Origin: a virus
Lineage: Duplodnaviria; Caudoviricetes
Length of the DNA stretch: 54,966 bases
Strand: one strand, 5' to 3'
Virus record (IMG/VR): IMGVR_UViG_3300020156_000036
Location: 1 to 54,966 of that record
A model generated the notes under the pieces. The model was not told the origin of the DNA. It saw nothing but the letters and a program-made list of their open reading frames with translations, and searched no databases. The position numbers and the translations under genes were made by a program. This document shows positions 26,688 to 34,370 of the stretch, in pieces; the stretch's first letter is position 1; each line of letters opens with the position of its first letter.

Positions 26688-27357
26688 GTACGTGGACCAT
26701 CTTGGCAGTGACCTGTTTGTTGCCAACGCTGCTCGCAAGTCTTTTGGAGCTGGTTATGAAACATGGTCAGATGTCCCTCGAACAGCTCGCGGTCGTTCCG
26801 ATGGTGAGCTTGTGGCAAGCCTTGCACGTGATGGCCACCTGCTCCCCTTCCGACATCCACACATCACGATTGAATGCGATGCGCCGATACCTGTGGCTCG
26901 GCAACTCGGCAAACATCAGGTCGGCCTGGATTGGTCAGAGATTAGCCGACGATACAAGACGAAGGGCATCGAGTTCTACCGCATTGGAACGCGTTGGCGT
27001 GGCGACGTAAAGGACCGGCGCCAAGGTAGTGGTGGGCTGATTGACCCTGAAACTCAGCTAGTGCTTGAGTCAATCGAAACCCACGTTATCAGAACCTGTG
27101 TCGAAGCCTATGAAGAGGCCTTGACACTAGGAGCTAGCCCAGAACAAGCCCGTTTTCTGCTACCGCAATCCATGGAGGTCTCATGGACCTGGACAGGCAG
27201 CCTGTTGGCTTTCGCGCATCTCTATAACCAGCGCACCCATCCTGATGCTCAGACGGAGACTCGTGACTTTGCTGAGCAATGCGGCCAGATCATGGCAAGG
27301 CATTTCCCTGTGTCGTGGCTTGCTCTCACTGGTGTTGAGTATGCGAACCTGGACTGA
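26677..27357 (+). CDS. thyX: Flavin-dependent thymidylate synthase
   Basis: VANAARKSF, HLLPFRH, RQLGKH..SEISRRY, EQARFLLPQ, AQTETR. Confidence 0.93.
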   Translation: MQVKYVDHLGSDLFVANAARKSFGAGYETWSDVPRTARGRSDGELVASLARDGHLLPFRHPHITIECDAPIPVARQLGKHQVGLDWSEISRRYKTKGIEFYRIGTRWRGDVKDRRQGSGGLIDPETQLVLESIETHVIRTCVEAYEEALTLGASPEQARFLLPQSMEVSWTWTGSLLAFAHLYNQRTHPDAQTETRDFAEQCGQIMARHFPVSWLALTGVEYANLD

Positions 27358-27577
27358 GCTTGAAAAAGCGAAACTTCGCCGACTTAAAGTCGAAGGTGTG
27401 AAGCTGCCTGAGATTATGCGACAGCTGAATAAGACCAAAGGCCAGGTCTGCGGGCAGTGGAATCGCATGAACGGCTACAAGGTACCTAGTCGCAAGAAAA
27501 TAGATAACCGAGGCGATCGGACCATGTGGACTGATGAGTCTCTTACTGAACGCTGGGCGGACCGTCGCCGTGCTTGA
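27341..27577 (+). CDS. GcrA-like N-terminal HTH protein
   Basis: MRTWTELEKAKLRRLKVEGVKLPEIMRQLNKTKGQVCGQWNRM resembles the GcrA N-terminus. Confidence 0.7.
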   Translation: MRTWTELEKAKLRRLKVEGVKLPEIMRQLNKTKGQVCGQWNRMNGYKVPSRKKIDNRGDRTMWTDESLTERWADRRRA

Positions 27578-27983
27578 ACAGGATTTCGCCAATGACCATG
27601 TCTTGCCCCGCTTACGAGCCAAAGGCCACGCTGTCCATGTACAGAATAGCGCTGAGACTGGCACTCCGGACATCAACTACGCTGTCTTCCCCAGGCAAGG
27701 CTGGATTGAAGTTAAGGTTGCCAAGTCCGGTTGGCTATACTTTGAAAAGTTCCAGATACCTTGGATACGGCGCCGTCACCGGGCATTCCCATTCAGTGTA
27801 TGGGTACTGGCAAGGATTGGACCAGAGGCTGCACTATATAGCGCTGAGGCGATTCTTGGGGCTGACCGCGAGCCTTACCGCAAGTGGACACGATGTCGCG
27901 TCGATGGCCTCGAAAGCGTTGCACGAACAGGGCTTTCTGACGATTGGTCACACATAATGTCGGTACTTACCGACCCTTCGTAG
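27570..27983 (+). CDS. PD-(D/E)xK nuclease (VRR-NUC / Holliday-junction resolvase-like)
   Basis: GTPDINY..WIEVK..QIPW. Confidence 0.75.
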   Translation: MLEQDFANDHVLPRLRAKGHAVHVQNSAETGTPDINYAVFPRQGWIEVKVAKSGWLYFEKFQIPWIRRRHRAFPFSVWVLARIGPEAALYSAEAILGADREPYRKWTRCRVDGLESVARTGLSDDWSHIMSVLTDPS

Positions 27984-28039
27984 TTTACATCGCGTCCAGA
28001 GACGCTATAATCGAACAATCATACACGTGGAGCAGAAAC

Positions 28040-28663
28040 ATGACCGAACCTTTGGATGCCGTACAACAGGCAATCGCTGATGCTGCTGGTGGCGTGGCTA
28101 AGGTCGACGATAAGGTCAAGTCCAGCATCAGTCAACTTGCTGTACGTCAACTGGACTTGATGCGCCGCAAGAGTGAAACCGAAGCGCAGCTGAAACGTAT
28201 CGATGAAGACCTGAAGCGCATTTCAGAGTTTGATCTGCCCAATGCCATGGCTGAAGCCGGCATGAAGACGTTCGAACTGCTGGACGGCTCCAAGATCGGC
28301 GTAAAGCGAGTTTATGCTGCCGGTATCAGGGTTGAGAACCGACCCGAAGCCTTCGCGTGGATGCGCGAGCGTGGTCATGACTCCTTGATCAAGACCGAGG
28401 TTCAGGTGCCCCTTGGTAAAGGCGCTCACGATATTGCTGAACAGATTCTCGAGGCACTTCGTGAGAAGTTCCCCGACTATTCTGGGAAGCTAGACGAATC
28501 TGTTCACTGGCAGACGCTGCGTGCGTTCGTTAAGGAACAGATCGAGGCCGAGGAAGCGGCCGCTGCTGGGGGAGACACCGTAGACGACCCGCTGCCCCGA
28601 GAACTTCTGGGCGTCTATATCATCGATAAGGCGGAAATCACTCTGCCTAAGAAAAAGGACTAA
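28040..28663 (+). CDS. Conserved phage replication-module protein
   Basis: TTTACA-N16-TATAAT promoter and ACGTGGAG SD; AFAWMRERGH, VHWQTLRAFVKE. Confidence 0.75.
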   Translation: MTEPLDAVQQAIADAAGGVAKVDDKVKSSISQLAVRQLDLMRRKSETEAQLKRIDEDLKRISEFDLPNAMAEAGMKTFELLDGSKIGVKRVYAAGIRVENRPEAFAWMRERGHDSLIKTEVQVPLGKGAHDIAEQILEALREKFPDYSGKLDESVHWQTLRAFVKEQIEAEEAAAAGGDTVDDPLPRELLGVYIIDKAEITLPKKKD

Positions 28664-28669
28664 CAGACC

Positions 28670-29509
28670 ATGGCTACCGGAAAAGGACAGGCAGTAGCCC
28701 CTGTCACCGCTGAAGGTCAACTTCCCGTGGGTTACGACCTGCAGGACATCATGGCAGACGCCGGCGTCGGCTCGGCTGATATGGGTGCCGGCGATCTTGG
28801 CATTCCCTATCTGTCGCTGCTTCAACCCGGCTCGCCGCAGATCAAGCCGGGCCACGCCAAGTACATCGAAGGCGCGCGCGTCGGCGAGTGGTTCAACTCG
28901 GCCACCGGCGAAACGTTCTCCGGCGCGATCACCTTCGTGCCGTGCGCCTATGAGCGGAAATACGTGCAGTGGCACGACCGTGACCTGGGCGAGGGCGGCT
29001 ACGTCATGGACCATCCGATCGACTCGGATATCATGTCCAAGACCGCCAAGAACGCAAAGGGGCAACCCTGTCTCCCTGATCAGGGTCACGACCTGATCAT
29101 CGAAACGGCGTATCAGTACGGTCTGATGCAGAATCCGAACACCGGTCGGTGGGACCAAGTCGTCATGCCGCTGAAGTCGACGGCTCTCAAGGCCAATCGA
29201 CGCATGAACAACCTGATCGCCGGCTCGACCATCCCCGGCACTCAGATGCAGGCGCCTCGCTGGCTGTTCCCGTTCACCCTGTCTACGGCTCTCGAGTCGA
29301 GGGGTCAGAACAGCTGGTACACGCCGGTGCCCGAAAAGCAGCCTGAACCCGTGTCGGCCGAAGTCTACCAGGCCGGCAAGCAGTTCAACTCGATGTTCCA
29401 GGCTGGTCTGGTGTCGCGAGCCAACGAAGGCGATCTTGCCGAAGGCAGCACGACGAGCACTTCGGCTGGCGAACGCGCTGGTCCGGGCGACGACGAGGTG
29501 CCCTACTAA
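28670..29509 (+). CDS. Putative single-stranded DNA-binding protein
   Basis: IPYLSLLQPGSPQ motif, acidic-aromatic C-terminus DDEVPY, strong codon bias. Confidence 0.65.
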   Translation: MATGKGQAVAPVTAEGQLPVGYDLQDIMADAGVGSADMGAGDLGIPYLSLLQPGSPQIKPGHAKYIEGARVGEWFNSATGETFSGAITFVPCAYERKYVQWHDRDLGEGGYVMDHPIDSDIMSKTAKNAKGQPCLPDQGHDLIIETAYQYGLMQNPNTGRWDQVVMPLKSTALKANRRMNNLIAGSTIPGTQMQAPRWLFPFTLSTALESRGQNSWYTPVPEKQPEPVSAEVYQAGKQFNSMFQAGLVSRANEGDLAEGSTTSTSAGERAGPGDDEVPY

Positions 29510-29514
29510 GAACC

Positions 29515-29552
29515 GTGGCCCCGTGGACGCAAGTCTGCGGGGCCATAGTTTT
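29515..29552 (+). terminator. Rho-independent terminator
   Basis: GTGGCCCCGTGGAC-GCAA-GTCTGCGGGGCCAT then AGTTTT. Confidence 0.85.
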
Positions 29553-29559
29553 CTGAATC

Positions 29560-29646
29560 CCTAGGGTCCTCCGGGTAGACGTGATGTAGTTGCATCCATA
29601 GAGACCACCCGTTGATGCCACTTCCTCACGTCTATTGACTCTAGAA
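29560..29646 (+). repeat. 87-bp dispersed element, copy B
   Basis: Shares CCTAGGGTCCTCCGGGT, GACCACCCGTTGA, CCTCACGTC and TTGAC with copy A at identical spacing. Confidence 0.85.
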
Positions 29647-29673
29647 CCACCGATTGAACCCCTTTGAGGCCAC

Positions 29674-31134
29674 ATGTCCCTACCAACCTTTGAGTTTCGT
29701 CAGCCTCCATTTGGTGATCACCAGGCTCGACTCTTTCCGCTGCGTCGTGAGCAACGTGGCTGGGGTCACTTCTGGGAGATGGGTACCGGCAAGTCCTGGG
29801 AAATCTGCCATGAGGCAGCTTGGGCCTTCTGTCTAGGTGAGATCGACTGCTTGGTCATCATGGCCAAGAAAGGTGAGTATGCGAACTGGGCTCAGTTCCT
29901 TATTCCTGATCTGATGCCACTCAATATTCCGATCGAAGTCGTGCTATTCAACAGCAGCCTATACTCGCAGGGCAAGCTTCGTGAGCAACTGGAAAGCCTG
30001 ATGCAACCCAAGCCAGATGTGCTTCGCATTCTGGTTGTAAACGTCGAATCGATGGCCTACAGACTACCGGAAGTCTTAAAGGCATTCTATGCGTCGGCTC
30101 GACGTGGTGTGTTCTTTGCTACCGATGAGTCGACCTGTGTCAAAGAACCGAAGGCCAAGCGATCGAAGGAATCCTATATCTGGTCAACCAAGGCACGGAT
30201 ACGCCGGATTATGACCGGCACCCCGGTCACACAGTCCCCGCTCGACCTCTGGGGTCAGAGCATGATGCTGGGTAAGCACACGCTCGGTTTCAGCAGTTTC
30301 TTCAGCTTCCGCAACACCTTCGAGGTACGCGAACCTCTGTACCTGGGACCACAGCGAACGATCATGGTTACGAAGGGTTACAAGAACCTGGACCAGCTCA
30401 ACCGCATCTTGGACAGTTTCAGCGATCAGGTCTACAAGAAGGACGTGCTGGACTTACCGGAGAAAGTTTACAAGAAACACGTTGTACCGCTCGCTCCGGA
30501 ACAGCAGAAGCTCTACGACCAGATGCGCGATGAAGCTATGCTTGAAATCGAAGGACATGAAGTCGAAGTTACCACTGTCTTGGCACAGATCGTCAAGCTT
30601 CACCAGATCGCCTGTGGCCAACTTAAAGTCGGTGAGAATGAATATGTTTCGATTGAGAATAACCGCATCGAGGCATTGGAGACCATCCTCGAAGACTTCA
30701 GCGGAAAAGCTATTATCTGGGCGAACTACCGACAGACACTTGTTGATGTCGTCGCGGCCCTTCGGAAAAAGTTCGGCAATGAGGCTGTGGTTCATTATTA
30801 CGGCGGAACATCCGCCGACGAAAGAGACTATGCTTATCGTGCCTTCCAGGACCCTGCCAGTCCTGTTCGATTCTTTGTCGCGAATGCCCAGAGCGCTGGC
30901 TACGGCCTTACACTCACGGCAGCGTCCCTGGTCGTATACTACAGCAACGGGTATAACCTGGAACATCGACTACAGTCCGAAGACCGGGCTCATCGGATTG
31001 GCCAAAATAAGTCGGTCACCTATATCGACTTGGTCAGTCCCGATACCGTGGACGAACGTATCATTGACGTTCTCAGAAGCAAGAAGAACCTAGCACACGA
31101 AGTGCTAGGTTCTCCGATCAGCGCCTGGATTTAG
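29674..31134 (+). CDS. SNF2-family helicase
   Basis: EMGTGKS, DES, MTGTP, GYGLTL, QSEDRAHRIGQ. Confidence 0.92.
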   Translation: MSLPTFEFRQPPFGDHQARLFPLRREQRGWGHFWEMGTGKSWEICHEAAWAFCLGEIDCLVIMAKKGEYANWAQFLIPDLMPLNIPIEVVLFNSSLYSQGKLREQLESLMQPKPDVLRILVVNVESMAYRLPEVLKAFYASARRGVFFATDESTCVKEPKAKRSKESYIWSTKARIRRIMTGTPVTQSPLDLWGQSMMLGKHTLGFSSFFSFRNTFEVREPLYLGPQRTIMVTKGYKNLDQLNRILDSFSDQVYKKDVLDLPEKVYKKHVVPLAPEQQKLYDQMRDEAMLEIEGHEVEVTTVLAQIVKLHQIACGQLKVGENEYVSIENNRIEALETILEDFSGKAIIWANYRQTLVDVVAALRKKFGNEAVVHYYGGTSADERDYAYRAFQDPASPVRFFVANAQSAGYGLTLTAASLVVYYSNGYNLEHRLQSEDRAHRIGQNKSVTYIDLVSPDTVDERIIDVLRSKKNLAHEVLGSPISAWI

Positions 31135-31343
31135 CGCCGGCTTGCCTGGTCCAGCTTGACGTCGAGTCGTTGGAACAGCTGATCGTTGATCGGCTTGATC
31201 TTGGCGAGTTCGGCGTCGAGTTGCTCTTGCTCGACGGGGCCGAGGCTGGCGCGAATACGGTTGGCATTCTCGAGCAACTGAGGAAGGGTCTGCATGGCTT
31301 GGTTAGCCAGCTCCAGGCCCTTCAGAATGGCAGCGAAGTCCAT
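31131..31343 (-). CDS. Small helical lysis-module protein
   Basis: GGAG SD; last gene of the late operon. Confidence 0.6.
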   Translation of the reverse strand: MDFAAILKGLELANQAMQTLPQLLENANRIRASLGPVEQEQLDAELAKIKPINDQLFQRLDVKLDQASRR

Positions 31344-31346
31344 GGT

Positions 31347-31733
31347 CTACTCCCGACTACGGATAGTGAGCTGAATCTGGGAAATCAGACCCAGCACCCT
31401 CGTGGTCTGTTCCACGTAGGTACGAGCATCGGCGGTGACCTGCGCCTGACGCGCAAGAACCAAGGCGTCATACGCCTGCCGATTGAGATCACGCACCAAA
31501 GCCGCACGCTCGCCGACGAGCAGGCCGGAGTCGACAGCCGCTTCCACCAACGTACCCACGCCATTGTAGGCGGCTTCAGCGACCAGCAACGCCCGTTCAT
31601 CGATCGAGGACGAAGAGGCAGTGAAGGGAGACTCCGGGTAACCCCCATGTGTATTCCCATTGGAGAGACACCCGGAGATGCTCAGGGTGGCCGCACACGC
31701 GACAGAGATGAGCAGAAAGCGGGACTTGATCAT
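31347..31733 (-). CDS. Lipoprotein, spanin-like
   Basis: Signal peptide with LSISGC lipobox, downstream of the endolysin. Confidence 0.65.
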   Translation of the reverse strand: MIKSRFLLISVACAATLSISGCLSNGNTHGGYPESPFTASSSSIDERALLVAEAAYNGVGTLVEAAVDSGLLVGERAALVRDLNRQAYDALVLARQAQVTADARTYVEQTTRVLGLISQIQLTIRSRE

Positions 31734-31744
31734 GACGACGTCCT

Positions 31745-32428
31745 TTAAGCGGCCAGTTCAGGTTGAAGCCCTTTGACGAGCTTCTCCATGACCTTAGCGG
31801 CGGCCTCCGCCTTGGTCACGACCGAGTCCTTGTTCTTGTCAAGGCCCGAGTTGACAGCGTAGGTGCTGGAACCCTTCACCCACAAACGGTATTCGGACGG
31901 CTTACCCATGCCAGCCGGCCACAGGATAGCCATATAACAGTCGTCCAGCGACCGAATAGGGCCGCGCGCCTTGATCATCTTCTCAAAGTACCAGAAGACG
32001 TAGCGCAGCTGATCTTCATCGGTCATTGCCGCAAGTTTAGCAGTAGTCGTGCCAAACATATCGCGTGCGGTCTTCTCCATGAACTGGATAAGACCGGTAG
32101 CCGAAGACGCCGGGTTCTTCTTCTTGGCTGAGAACGTCTCGCCGGTTTCGAAGGCCATGCAAGCCATCAACCAGTTCGCATCGAACAGCGAACCTTGAAT
32201 CTTGGTGAGCTCGTCGGCAATCCACCAGACCCGATCGCGGAAGACTTCACTGACCTTTGCGCCCCACGCCAAAGTCGGCCGCTGCCCAGGAACCTCAGGC
32301 CGTTCTTCAACGACTGGCGGCAAAACCTCCGGCGGCTTGGGCTGTTCAGTAGTGGGTTTCCACCCAAGCTGGGCGAGCGCTTGCAGCAGCAGGTTGATGA
32401 CCGCTTGGTTGGGGTTCGACATTTCCAT
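31745..32428 (-). CDS. Endolysin (lysozyme/lytic transglycosylase fold)
   Basis: MAFETGETFS, SATGLIQFM, YMAILWP. Confidence 0.85.
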   Translation of the reverse strand: MEMSNPNQAVINLLLQALAQLGWKPTTEQPKPPEVLPPVVEERPEVPGQRPTLAWGAKVSEVFRDRVWWIADELTKIQGSLFDANWLMACMAFETGETFSAKKKNPASSATGLIQFMEKTARDMFGTTTAKLAAMTDEDQLRYVFWYFEKMIKARGPIRSLDDCYMAILWPAGMGKPSEYRLWVKGSSTYAVNSGLDKNKDSVVTKAEAAAKVMEKLVKGLQPELAA

Positions 32429-32732
32429 TCACCGTGGTGTTTTCAGTTTCGACGATGACCTCTCTAGTCGACGTCGGTTGCGGAGTTGCAGCCGCGGCAG
32501 TAGCCAGGGTCTGGGTAACCACCTCATTACTGCGTTGTTGCTGAGCGTTGGTCTTCTGAATGATACCATTCACCAGACCCGTGATGATGATACCCGTGGC
32601 CAGATACATGAACCCTTCATTTGAAGTGAGGTCAGGCTCCATCCAAATCATGACGAGAATGATCAGGGTGAGAATGAAGACAACCAGCAGAATCAGGTTC
32701 TCTTCAATAATGCGGACAGCACGATCAGACAT
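32346..32732 (-). CDS. Two-TM holin-like protein
   Basis: Two hydrophobic helices; overlaps the endolysin start. Confidence 0.6.
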   Translation of the reverse strand: MSDRAVRIIEENLILLVVFILTLIILVMIWMEPDLTSNEGFMYLATGIIITGLVNGIIQKTNAQQQRSNEVVTQTLATAAAATPQPTSTREVIVETENTTVNGNVEPQPSGHQPAAASARPAWVETHY

Positions 32733-33177
32733 TTTCTTCGTGAGCTCTCTTAACGGCCTCAGGTGAGGCATTCGGGGGAACGACTTTGTAGCCTAGACTT
32801 GCCAGAATGGCTAGGGCGCCACCATTTGCACAGGTCGCCAAGTCTTCAATATACTTGAGTCGGTTCCACACCCGCACCGGAAAAGTCCGACGTAGAATGT
32901 GGACAGCTAAGGCCGTAAAGGTGTAGCAGATGATGATGGTTGCGACCATCGATTCTTGGTTCATGTGGCCTGCACTGGTCGGCGGAACTTCACCAGACAA
33001 GATTGCCAAGTTGATGCCACGATACATGATCGCGGCACCTGCGACAAAGAAACCGACTCGCACATAGTTGGGCAAATCGACCCAGTGGCCCCGACGAGGA
33101 CTTGACAGAACATGTATGATGAAGCAGGCTACTGCCATCATAAAACAGAGGAAGCTGGCCAGCGCGTCCAAGATCAT
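32725..33177 (-). CDS. Membrane protein (lysis module)
   Basis: Three TM segments. Confidence 0.6.
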   Translation of the reverse strand: MILDALASFLCFMMAVACFIIHVLSSPRRGHWVDLPNYVRVGFFVAGAAIMYRGINLAILSGEVPPTSAGHMNQESMVATIIICYTFTALAVHILRRTFPVRVWNRLKYIEDLATCANGGALAILASLGYKVVPPNASPEAVKRAHEENV

Positions 33178-33506
33178 TAGGCCGAACCCTTCATGCTCTT
33201 CAACATCGAGATAAGGGTCTCAATATTGAATAGTTTTGGAGCGACTGGATTTGCCAAGAGACCTACGATCGCTGCAATCGCCATAGTCTCGTGGCTGCCG
33301 TCCCGCTTGAGAAAGTGCTGGACCCAAGGTGCAATCAGCGGAGAGCTGATCGTTCCAATAGCCAAGCAGATTACTGTCTCCACTATGCAAACCAGGCTTG
33401 ACACACCCGCTTGCCGATTTGCGAAGAAGCAAGCCGAAAAACGCGGCGCCGAGTAGATGAAGGCCCCGAGAAAGCCCCATAATGCCAGCATATACCACGG
33501 CGCCAT
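33177..33506 (-). CDS. Holin-like membrane protein
   Basis: Three TM segments, 109 aa. Confidence 0.6.
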   Translation of the reverse strand: MAPWYMLALWGFLGAFIYSAPRFSACFFANRQAGVSSLVCIVETVICLAIGTISSPLIAPWVQHFLKRDGSHETMAIAAIVGLLANPVAPKLFNIETLISMLKSMKGSA

Positions 33507-33567
33507 AGCAGTACACTATCCCGTAAGGGACAAAGAATATACGGCTCTGTACGTTTTTCCGGAAAGG

Positions 33568-33900
33568 TTAAGCTTCCGGCGGCGTCTCAGCCTCGGGTTC
33601 TTCAGGCGCAGGCTCAGGCGGGGCCAGGCGAGCTTCCAGCCGCTGGATGTGCTGCTCCACGATGACAGGAACGTTCTCGAAAGGCACGATCGCGTTAGCG
33701 ATCAGGGCGCTCAGATCTGAAGCCGATGAACGATGAGTAGCAGTGGTATCGTTCGGGTCCTTTAGACCCTGAAGATCGGCGAGAGCTTCCTGTATCGCAG
33801 GACGAGCAATGATGTCTCGAACTGCCTTTGCCCTGGTCAGATCAAGCTCGTCAAGCTGACGCTGAAGAACTGCACGTTGTTCATAGATAGTCTGGGTCAT
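33568..33900 (-). CDS. Hypothetical tail-associated protein
   Basis: ATGA coupling. Confidence 0.65.
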   Translation of the reverse strand: MTQTIYEQRAVLQRQLDELDLTRAKAVRDIIARPAIQEALADLQGLKDPNDTTATHRSSASDLSALIANAIVPFENVPVIVEQHIQRLEARLAPPEPAPEEPEAETPPEA

Positions 33901-34370
33901 TTCTGCCTCAAAGTAGTCGCAAAGCGACGGTTACCGGTTAAAACCGGCGGATTTGGCCACACCACGTCTTGGGGGTGGTTAAACGTACTTGTGATGTCTC
34001 TTAGTTGTTGTCTGTAAGCCACCCAAGCCGTTTTTTCTTGCTCTGTAAGAGGAGCATCGTTAACCTGTGTCCAGTCGCATCTACTTAATAGCGTGTTCCT
34101 TTGAGCTTGAACACCAGACCAGTCAGGGCCAGCTGCCTCAGCTTCTTGAGCCGCTATTTCAGCACAAGCTTCCCGGTAAGGACCACTAGCGCATGTATGA
34201 CAAATAAAAGCCGGAAGTGTTCCTGGCAGACCTTCAGTTGATACGAGACCCTGGGCTGGAAACTTACGAGGACAAGACGGACACTTATAAAGCGGCTTTA
34301 CATCTTCTCCACGGTTTTGAAGCACTGTCTCCAGAGTCAAGAGCTCATAAAGGTTGCTAGGTAGGGTCAT
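33897..34370 (-). CDS. Tail fibre assembly chaperone with N-terminal CxxC..CxxC
   Basis: RNTLLSRCDWTQ..WVAYRQQLRDI..VVWP. Confidence 0.8.
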   Translation of the reverse strand: MTLPSNLYELLTLETVLQNRGEDVKPLYKCPSCPRKFPAQGLVSTEGLPGTLPAFICHTCASGPYREACAEIAAQEAEAAGPDWSGVQAQRNTLLSRCDWTQVNDAPLTEQEKTAWVAYRQQLRDITSTFNHPQDVVWPNPPVLTGNRRFATTLRQK

